A stretch of DNA of 64,000 nucleotides from Octopus bimaculoides (taxonomy: Eukaryota), in assembly GCF_001194135.2 (NCBI RefSeq), contig NC_068982.1:128781649-128845648 (forward strand). The letters run 5' to 3'. The notes under the pieces are model-generated. The model worked only from the letters and a program-made list of their open reading frames with translations, had not been told where the DNA came from and made no database searches. This document shows, one piece after another, positions 28,645 through 40,500 of this stretch. Each line of letters opens with the position of its first letter. Within the stretch, counting starts at the first letter, position 1. Position numbers and translations under genes: made by a program.

Positions 28645-31486
28645 TGTGTGTGTGAGTGTGTGTGTATATAATATATATGTGGAGGGGCAATATGGCCCAG
28701 TGGTTAGGGCAGCAGACTAATGGTCATAGGACTGTGGTTTCAATTCCCAGGCCGGTTATTGTGAGTGTTTATTGAGTGAGAATACCTAAATCTCTCACTC
28801 TTTCTTCCTGTTTCTGCTGTACCTATATTTCAAAGGGCCAGACTTGTCACACTCTATTTCACGCTGAATCTCCCCAAGAACTACATTAAGGGTACACATG
28901 TCTGTGGAGTGCTCAGCCACTTACATGTTAATTTCACAAGCAGGCCGTTCTGTTGATCTGTTCAACTGGAACTCCCGTCATCGTAACCAATGGAGTGGCA
29001 CATATATATATACTCACACACACAAACATTTTTGTTTATCAAATCTATGAATAAGCAAATACATATAATGAGCACTTATCTTTTGTTTGTGTACCCATAC
29101 ATGAACACAAACACAGACATACAAATACACACACAGATTCCCAAACTCACATCATACAAATGTGTGTGTGTGTGTATGTGTGTTCAAAGTCATATTACAG
29201 TTTAGTTCAAACTATATTACAGTGAATGACCCAATTCTTTGGATAAGACATATTTCTACAGCAGAGTAGCTGGCTATAAAAAATGAATACAATCGAAAAA
29301 TATATATTTCAAAATCTCATGTATCTACACCTGCTTTAAAATATGATTATATATTAAGTCAACTTGAATTGAGAAAGATAAGTAATTTAAATATCTCTAC
29401 TTACGTTCTACGGACAATTTGGCTTCAGTCTTAATACTGCCATAGGCGCAAGACACAGCACCTTCATCTTTTGGACGGCATTTGGAAATAACCATAGTAT
29501 GAACTTTTCCATTAGCTTTGAAGTTATATTTAGGACTAGCCTCAATTTCTTCATCATGTATTTTCCAAGACACAATTACATCAGCAACAAATAGTTCGCA
29601 TTCGAATGTTGCGCATTCTCGTTCTTTTACTTCCACATTTTCTAATGGTCTCACCCATTTCCACTGAATTTGAAATAAATATGTAAATGCAATCACAATG
29701 TTTGATAAGAATATCAATTTCAATCATCACACCAATAAATTATAATAATACATAATAAAAGATTGAACAATTTTTACACTTATGTTACTCATCTATCTAA
29801 CATTATTTTCTTCCAAATAGAATTAATTTATAATCAAACATTTTTTTCTACACCTTCAAACCTTTATAGCATTATTCATTACTTTATAAGAAACATGGTT
29901 TTCATAATTTATGGAAAATCTCCCAGAGGAAATAAGTAAAACGTGTATGAATTTGATGAAGTTCTTGTATGTTTTAGATATTTTACATTTATGATAATGG
30001 TAAGAAAGTTTCAAATATTGCTAATATTTTTGATGTTTCCACTAAAAAATTCTCAATTACTCTTTCTAACAAATTTATCATTTTTCTCACCGTTTTCTTG
30101 ACAGTCTTGAAACCACCCTCTTCTATGGTAGCAGCATCTTTTTCTTTTGGTTTCTTTGCATATTTGTCTTCAGGTTTCTTTTTATCTTTCTCTTTTTCAT
30201 CCTTTCCAGGTTTCTTATCTACTTTAGCTAACTCAATGTCTTCACGTTTTTCAATATCATATGTTTTGTCTTTGAATTCATCCAACTAAAAACAAAAATA
30301 CATAAACATAATGAAAATAAAAGCGTAAAAACATGTATTTAAAATTTAAATCTTAAAATTAAAATGTAAAAACCTTAATCATAATATTAACATCTTGTTA
30401 TTATAAACAAAAAATAACATCCAGAAACTAAATAATCATTTCAATATTAATTTCAAAGATAATATTTTAATGGGCTTAATGATATTTTATACTTTGATAT
30501 CACCTTGATATTATAAAATTTAACTATGTATGTAGTATTAAATATGCTTCATTTATATACTGATTTTTAGAGTTAGCACATCTAACAAAAAATATAAATA
30601 GACATCCTTCAATAAATAAAATACAATCTTCACTCAGTAAGATATATAAAAATTCTACTTACTTCAGGCATATCTCTCTTCTTTAGATCATATGTTACTT
30701 CATCTGCTTCAATTTCCATAGTACGTTTGGTGGTATCAGTTTTAGTCAGCTCTTGTTCTTCCAGTTCAACCTTACGAAGGTTAATATCAAAGCCAGCATC
30801 TTCTTCAATTTCTCGTTCTTCTTGCTCCCTACATAAAACAGGTTTTAATATTATAAATTTTTATGAAATATTTATTCTCTATGCTAGTTAGTTTCTATGA
30901 TCATCAAACTTAATTCTATAAATGTTTTTCTCAGATTCAGTAATAAATTTTGAATTTTTAATGATTATGTAAATAAATAAATAAATATGTGTGTGTGTGT
31001 GTGTGTGTGTGTTAAATGAAATAAGATAACAAAGCCAAGGCCATGTGGAATTTTTAGGACATTCATAAAGAGAAAGTTAGTCTTACAGCTGTTTCTGGGA
31101 TATTAGGGATATCCCTTTATCAGAGATGATATGAGAGAGTTAAATAGAGGGAAATAGTAGAGTTCAATATAAGGAATTATTTTGGTAAAAGATAGATATA
31201 GGAAGTATAAAGGGAAATAAGAGAATAAAAGTAAAAATATATGTAGGATGTTACAGTTGCAATTCCATTGTCCAAGGAAAGTGCTGTATAGAAAGTGCTG
31301 TGTAAAATTCCACACAGCCTTGATTTTGTTGTCTCATTTTATTTAGCATATACATGCTCACACAAGACCCACATTAAGCTCCTCATTCGTATTACTATCA
31401 AACCAAGAGTCTAACTACGGTCCTTCCGTAGCACTTACATAGCCTTACCTGCCATCTTGGGTCTTCTGGATACCAATACCTCTTAT

Positions 31487-31570
<84 letters not shown>

Positions 31571-34500
31571 ATAAATAGATAGATAGATAGATAAATACAT
31601 GTATGTATATATGCATATAGATGCATGTATGTGTGTGGGGGCATGTGTGTAAATGTACATGCACAGAGCAGTTCTATTTCCTATTATGAAAGAAAAACCA
31701 TACAAAGAAATAAATATTTACAGCTTCAATAATTTTACCTGTGTTTTAAGCCGGCCTTCCAATCTGTTTCCTCCTCTTCCTTGTCTGTTACAATAAGAGT
31801 TGCTGGTGCAGATTCTGTTCCATGCTCATTGGTTAATGTTACAGTGTAAGTACCTGCATCTCCAGTTTTGGTTTTTTCCATCTTCATAACCTCTTCTCCT
31901 GTTTTTTCATCATAATAGATTTTAATACGTCCACCATCTTGAAGTTTCATCCATTTTCCTTTAGACCACTCAATTGTTGGTTTAGGTTCACCAGCAATCT
32001 TGCAACGGAATTCTGTGGTACCATCTTAAATTAAGAAATTTATAGAATATAAAATATACATGTAATTCTAAAGTAGAAACAGTTGTAATAAATTTGAATT
32101 TATGAGAATAAATATTTGCCTTTTCTTCGTTTTAATCAATAAATTTATTTCAAATACAAATAAGGTTTCTCTTTACTAATATGTAAACAGTTGTCTAACT
32201 TCTCTACAACAAGAAACATGTTCTTCCCTGATCCTTTCTTTCATACTTTTACCTCTTATCTGCAAGCATATGGGTTTATTGTCTTGCAAAATGCATGATG
32301 ACCTCACTAGGTTTGGTTGCATGAAAGAAGCACCCAGTGTACATTGTGAAATAGTTGGCATTAGGAAGGCATCCAGCCATAGAAACCATGCCAAAGAAGA
32401 CACTGTTCTTGAGCCCATCAAATCCTGTCAAACTGTTCAACCCTTCCCAGCATGAAACATTGATATTAAATGATGTTAATAATGATTACCTTCCAAAATT
32501 GTACATTTCTGAGGTACTTCAATGAACTCTGGTGCTCTGCCTCTAATATCAATCTTGGCTTCAGCAGAAGCATCTCCTCCTCTATTGGTTGCAACAGCTT
32601 TCAGTTTTCCTTTCAATTCAGGGCTAGCTTTATCAATGGTAAGAGTATATTCATCTTTCTTTGGAGAATCAAAATGAATAATGTCACTTTCTTTGAGTTC
32701 CATATCATTGATGTACCTAAAGATAACATAATTATACATTAGTACCATAAAAAATAAATGAATAAATGAAGAGAATGCTTTTATTTAAAAATATATTTTC
32801 ATGCAAAACTTGATAACAAATACATTTATATAAATTCTAAAATGGTTAGAAATATTTTCAAATATATTATATACTAACCAAGTAACAGTAGGCGATGGTT
32901 GTCCACTGACTTTACATTCAAATGTAACTGAACCATTTTCAGGTACCAATTTATCAACTGGTTTCTTGACAAAGGATGGCTTCTTAACAGCTGTTAATAT
33001 AAATTTATTATATAGAAATAATTGACAAAATTATACTAAAGTAATGTATACTTTTTCAAAACTAAATCACAGCCAAAAGAGCAACTATATATGCAGAAAA
33101 GAAACAGTTATACAGAATACAATGTATTGTAAAAGTAAACCATAATCTGAACATATATTCAGATATTTATTTAATGATTCAATAATCTTTTAAACTGAAT
33201 GTCTTTTAGTTACTATTGTTTTTGATAAACTATTGTTTTGGTGTTAAAGTTAAGTTTTTCCTCAAACCTAAAATAATTTGAATTTGAAAAATATGCCAAC
33301 TCCACAAATTAAGCAAGATATGTTCAGATATTCTCTTCTTTATTCACATTATCTTTATTCATTAGGCAACATGTTAAGTTTTGTATTACTTGATACAAGG
33401 AAATCTTCCAAAATATTATAAAATCAAAAAACAAAATCTTACGGATAACTTTCAAACGGCCATTACAAGCCATTTGACCAGCAGAATTTACAGCTCGAGC
33501 AGTAAACAGTCCGGCATCATCTGTAGAAACATACTTAAATTGCAATGTATGCTTATCATCTTCAACCAAAAACTTTATGTTGTCATCTTCAGTCAATTCT
33601 TTATTGCCTTTGAGCCTTTAATGTAAGAAAACATCATAAATATTAAAATTTTACATTAAGCCAATGAAAATAAAATTTTAATTTGACATTTAGATAATAA
33701 TTATTATTTTAAATTTCTAATTACAAATAAATTGTTTATTTGTTGAATGATAATATGTACCTGTAATACATTCTAATGGCAACTAAAATGTACAAAATTC
33801 TTCAGGAAGTAGAAAGGAAAAATTATAAAGTTAATTCTAACTCGGAATACACTGCCTCTGTTTCAATTAATTTTGAAAATAAGGAAACATTTAGCAAAAT
33901 ATTTTTGGCGTTATTAAGCAGGTGTCTGGGATCCAAATTAACATAAAATTTTGATGCAATATTTTAACTTAGATCACTTTAAAACAGGAAGTTTGTATCA
34001 TATAACAGTCAGTCTCAGGTGGATTTAGTTATCAAGGGGGTTAAAGTGTTATTTAAATATTGATTTCTAAAATTAGAACAAGTCTACAAATTTGGAGGAG
34101 ATACAAGCAACTAAAACAACCCTAGCATTTAACTGGAACTCTTGCATTTGAATATTAAAACAGAAACATGTTATGCCAATTGATATCTGTAGCATGAACA
34201 ATATAATTCATCAGCAATAAGGATTTCTAACTTTGGCATTAAGTTACAAATTCTGAGTTAGTGATGAAGCCATTGTAATCAACTTCAATGGTGGGAGAGA
34301 GAAAGGCAATGTGGATTGCAAAAGAATGTGAACTTGGAATATAAAAGGATTAGAATCACATCGTCAAGGCATATAAAACTGGTGACATACTGGTCTTGTC
34401 TCTCCACTACAAATTTTATGTTTTACTTGTTTCAGTCATTAGACGGTAGCCATGCTGGGGCACTACCTTGAATGGTTTTAGTCAACCAAATCAACTGCAG

Positions 34501-37500
34501 TACTTATGCTTTTTTAAAGTCTCGTACTTATTCTATTAATTTCCTTAGCTGAACTTCTAAGTTATAGGAACAGAGACAAACCAACATCGGTTGCTAAGCA
34601 AGAAGGCAGGGACAAACACAGGCACAAAGGTACATAAAGTTTTCATCTACCAAATTCACTCACAAAGCACTGGTTGCCCCAGGACTATAGTAGAAGACCC
34701 TTGCCCACATAGTTTCAGTGCAAGGCAAGCTTCTAAACCACACAGCCACGCTGGTACTTATGATCAAATTATATATGCATCAATTTCATTTAGATTAAAT
34801 TATATATATTAAGTAAAGAGACCAGAGATGAAGAAAAAAAGAGAAACATAAAGTAAACACATGGTTTTCTATTTTTGCCTCTTCTTTTTAAATATTATAT
34901 CTTAATTATATAACCATTATATAAATATGCAATAATCAAAGCAAAAGGAATAATATTTACTACTAACCAGACAACATTAGGCTTAGGTTTGCCGCTTACA
35001 ATAACTTCCATGCTGAAAGTTTCTAATTCATCAATTTCATAATTTTCAAGCTTTTTGATAAACTTGGGTGTTTCTTTCTTTTCTGAAATGTCCAAAAGAA
35101 AAGAATCTATTGAAAAAAAGTCTTACCTAGTCTATAAAAAAGTAAAGAATTATCAAATATCGCTTTGAAAAATAAATTTCTAGGCAACTTGTATCATCAG
35201 CCTTATCATCATCATCATTATTATCATCATAAACATTGTCAATATCATTGCTATCACAACCATCATTGTTATCATCGTTATCTTTGTTTTAATGTCCATA
35301 GTTTTGCTTGAGTCAGAATTAATTTACTGAAGTAGACTCTCTACAGCTGGGTGCTCTTCCTGTCACCAACCCTCACTTGTTTCCAAGCAAGGTAATATTT
35401 CTTTATGACAAGACATGTTTCCATGGAAGATTGGAAATGAATGATCCATTTGTATGATGGTGACACTCATTCACAACTATCATGTGATGTCAAGATAAGG
35501 AGATACAAACACACATGCACAGAGTTTCTATCTACCAAATCCATTCACAAGGCTTTGGTTGACCTGAAGTGATAACAAAACGCTCTTGCTTGTGGTGCTA
35601 CACATTGAAATGGAACACAAAGCAACATGATTAAGAACTGAACTTCCTAATCATGCACAGTCGTACCTGCACCTATACAGCTATACTTGTATGTCAGAAT
35701 TAAGTTTATCTGCCATTAATTCATAAATATCAAAAACAAAATATAGAGGTTTTATTTTGTTTCACTTTTGCATAGAACTAGATTTAGTTACCTTCTACAA
35801 TAAATTCTCCTTCAGTTTCTGCTTCACCAGCAATATTTTTGGCAACAGCTTTAATAATGCCTGCATCTTCAAGTTCAACTGCATCAATCCTTAGTGTATG
35901 CTGAATGTCTGAGAAAGCTTTTTTAGTTTCAAGTTTGAACCTTTCATTAGATTCAATAAGCTTTTGATTTATATACCAGGTAACCTCAGGCAAAGGTATA
36001 CCTTTAACACCAACATCGACGGAAAATGGCCGCCCTTCCCTGCAGTCTTTCTTTGTGAGTTTCCTTGTAAAAACTGGTGCCTCTGTTTTTTCTAGAAGAA
36101 ATAAAAAAGACAACAATTAACATTATTAAAGGAATTCTTATGAAAATATGAAGTTCAAAAACAAACATGATTTGCAAGCATTATAATATACTATGGTAAA
36201 ATATTTTGATTAAATTTCTTATAATTTGACTTATTACTCAAAAAATAATTACCTTCAACAGTAACTGTGCATGTACATTCTGCAGTTCCAACAGCATTTG
36301 TGGCAACACATTTATATGTTCCACTTTGATCTTTCTTTGTTTTGGGAAGTTTTATAATGCAAGTAGTGCCATCTTGAGATATTTTGATGTCAGCAGTTGA
36401 TGTAATTGGTTTATCATCCCTAAATAACAAATTTAAATATGGTTAGTATTTATAATGAAGCCATTTATGTGTTCAGTTACACTCATCAAAATTCTTTAAC
36501 TCTAGTCCATGGAAAGGCTGGTGTTTCTTTCTCTTATATCATTACTATCACTGTAATCTGTTGCTTCTAAAATCTATTCTTTGAGTATTTCTTCTAATAA
36601 GATGGTAAATTTTCCATCAAATTGAGATTCTAAAGATAGAAGGCTCACTTATTAAGTAGGCCTAGTGAATACATATAACTTTTATAATGTATTTTAAAAA
36701 GATAGTTCCTATTTTTAAAATAATAAAAAAAATAGTAGCTATTTATGAAATACTTACTTAAACCATTTGATTGTGGGTTTCGGATCACCAGTTACTTTAC
36801 ATTTTATTTCAAAAGGTTGATCTTCCATAATTTTCTAAAATGAAATGACAGTATATATATGTAAAAACTCTTCAAATTTAAACATTATAAAGAATATCTA
36901 AATCCCAAAGCAATAAATAACAGTGGAGTTTAAAAAATGAAAAATGGCTTACAATTAATGTAAATGACATTTTATCTTCTGATGTAGTACAAAAATGAAA
37001 TATATAATAATTCCTTGGGTATACATTACAATTATAGATTTCAAAGTTTTAGGTATTTTTGTGTCAGGTACACTTTGATATTATTGTATTCTATGTATTT
37101 CTATATTCTCATATACTAGGAATATATTTATTGCCTGTTGTGATATACATGTAGAAATACTGTTTTATTTGTTCATTATATAATAAAAGAACTTTGAATT
37201 GTGAAAAGATGAGATGGGACTGCAGCTATCATAGGATAATAGCAACCTCACTACTATTTAATACTATATTTGTGTGCACCATTGCAGCAGAGCCTGTTGT
37301 TTACAACTTGGGTTTAGCTACAACAAAATCTCATCCACACCAAAATTACACCCCTTTGATTTATTATTTCACAAATCGGACATCAATTGTGAAATCGAAC
37401 TTTCTAAACAAATCAAAGATCAATTGTGCAATTGAACTTTCTGAACAAACTTGATTATCTAAGAATGTAATATGTTCCAGTTGTATTTATTTATAATTTA

Positions 37501-40500
37501 ATTAAGAATATGTATGTGATTTAATCAATTTTCACAGACTACATTTACTACTATTAATATTTAATGATATCAGCTTCAATATCGAAATCAAATGGAAATT
37601 GTAGCTGTGAACCCCGTGCCAGTGGCATGTAAAAAGCACCATCCAAACGTGGCCAATACCAGTTCCTCTGGCCCCTGTGTCTGTGGCACATAAAAAGCAC
37701 CCACTACACTCTCGGAGTGGTTGGCATTAGGAAGGGCATCCAGCTGTAGAAACACTGCCAGATCAGATTGGGGCCTGGTGCAGCCTCCTGGCTTTCCAGA
37801 CCCCAGTCAAACCATCCAACCCATGCCAGCATGGAAAATTGACGTTAAACAATGATGCTGATGCTGATAATGATGATGTAAAAGCTTAATAACCATTCTA
37901 ATAATAAAGTTGCTTGATTTTTCATAGTATTAATGTTTGAAGCCTTTTAATTTTACTATTCCTCATTGTCACTAAAGAACAGAGCTAAATTTATTCAAAT
38001 CGGTTGCCACTTGTATAAAAAATACAAATTTCAGAAATAATGTAATATCAAATATTGATACTCATGAAGCAATTATAATGAATGGATGTTTTTTCACTTA
38101 CTTTCAAAATCTACATAGCAATGATATTCTCATTGCTCATGTAGTAAATGAAATTAAAGTGAAATTTATTAATCTATAACTGAATGCTTCCTTTATATTC
38201 TGATGTGTTATTTCATATAATATGATAGGATGATTAAGAGAAAAAGATTTCCAAAACAAACAAAAATATATCTTACAGTAGATTCTGTGACATCTTCAAA
38301 CTTAGGTGGAATTTTAGCTTTTTCAACTGGTTCCTTCTTCTCATCTTTTGGTTTTTCTAAAATAATGATATGATACAGATATTATTATCATTATTAAATG
38401 ATAATAAAGTTTCACGATTTGTCATAGTTTGAATCACTTTAATTCTAATGCATATTTTTAAATCTCAGAATTAAGTTTTAAGCAAATTTTCACTTACATT
38501 TGAAATATGAAAAACCAAATTGAATTTACTTTTATCATACAACACATGAATCTATAACTTATTAAACAACAATATATTCTATAGGATTTAAAAAGAGAAA
38601 TTAAACTAGTAGATGTTATGGGGAAACATAATTGTCATCATTGTCATAACCATTGCAAAAAATTAAAAATAATAAACTTTTGAGAGTTAATGTTTGTTCT
38701 CCATCTTTTATATAATTGGTATATTACTAATTTTTATTATTCTTATTTACTCTACTAATCAAAATGATAAATGTATGCTAAGGATATCCCAAATACTGTT
38801 TATCAACTTACTACTAATTTATTATCTCAGTCTTTTGTTAATTTATTTATTTATTTTACTGAAGGTTAGTGTTATTTTACAATTAAAGGCAAGTTTCTAC
38901 AATAACTTTGAAATTATTGGATTCATCCCTAATTTACATCAAAGAATTCTTTATACCTGTCTTTCAACTTGTTATTTGTTATCTTTCACTAACCAAAACA
39001 TTCAATGCACTGCTATGATTCAGCACATTTTTTTCGCAGTTTTTTTTCTATTCATTCATTTCCATCAACTTTTAATATGAGGAGTGAAAGGTTAATAATC
39101 ACAATGGTTATGATTTCAATAATTCTACTCTAGATCATGAAGTAAATAACTATAAAACTTAGATAAATAGGAAGAGAAGAAAAATGTTTTGTCAAAGATA
39201 GATTTGTATATCATGGGTATTGTTCTCATCTCCCTATGATATAGACAGTTATCTGAATTTCCCCCTAAAAAGATAACCATTAATTTCCTTGGACTGAGGT
39301 GTTTATTTTTATTTAAAGAACACTATTCATGCTCAAAACTCCTCAGGCATATGAATTTCTAGGAATCTGAAAACTAAAAGCTTATTGTCTTTGTTAAATA
39401 GACAACTGAATAAAATACCAATAAAGTTGTTATTGTTTTTTAAACGCAACTTTAATTTTGGAAATAATATAACATCATCCCTTTAGTAATAATCCTACAC
39501 TACATGTACTATGCATAAGATCTCTAAAGTTATTATGCAATGTAAGTATGTTCTAGACTTTGATAGTATTGGTAATTTTGAATCTTTGTTTACTCAAATA
39601 TCGTCATAGAACACATTTCTAAACCATTTAAAATGCAAAAAGTGATTCTGAAAGGGAACAGATCATTATTAACAACAATTTTGACAAGATTAAGATTTGA
39701 GGGATTTCTACTGACCTTCAAGTGAAACGGTGGCTTCACATTCTGCAGAACCAGCAGGATTTGTGGCAACACATTTGTAAACACCAACTTCATTCTTGGA
39801 GAATTTGCTGGTTTTTAGTACACATACAGGGCCATCTTGTGTGAGCTTGGTAAGTGATGTTGGTTTAATTTCTTTGTTGTCTTTAAACCACTTAATAGTA
39901 GGTTTTGGTTCACCAGTTACCTTGCATTTCAGTTCCAAAACGTCATTAGGTTTAAGGGATACTGATTGGAAGATCTCTTCAAATTCTGGTTTCTTTTGCT
40001 CTGGCTTCTTTTCTTTTGGTTTTTCTTCCTCAAGTGTTATAGTAGCTTCACACTCAGCAGATCCAGCAGGGTTTGTAGCAACACATTTGTAAACACCAAC
40101 ATCATTCTTTGTGCATTTACTGGTTTTTAATATGCACACTTGGCCGTCTTGAGTAAGTTTGGTAATAGATGTTGGCTTAATTTCTTTGTTATCTTTAAAC
40201 CACTTGATGGTAGGTTTCGGTTCACCAGTTACCTTACATTTCAATTCCAAAATGTCGTTCACCTTGATGGTTGTTGAACTGAAGATCTCTTCAAATACAG
40301 GTTTCTTCTGCTCTGGTTTCTTTTCTTCTGGTTTCTTTTCCTCTGGTTTCTTTTCTGCTGGTTTTTCTTCTTCAAGTGAAACAGGAGCTTCACATTCAGC
40401 AGATCCAGCAGGGTTTGTTGCAACACATTTGTAAAGACCAATATCTGTCTTTGAAATCTTTGGTATTTTCAGAGTGCACTGTTGCCCATCTTGAGTTATA

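Noticed and set aside
28681-28760. tRNA-like A/B boxes
   Set aside because: Continues into a SINE body with no complete cloverleaf; not a tRNA gene.
29405-32716. Calling the gene twitchin/projectin with a PKA-regulated catch site
   Set aside because: No RRxS motif in the linker, the N-terminal region is far larger than twitchin's, the Fn pattern is not Ig-Fn-Fn, and no kinase is in the window. Not fully excluded without a phylogeny.
38694-39080. 128-aa hydrophobic plus-strand ORF
   Set aside because: Composition expected from AT-rich intron; no domain motif.
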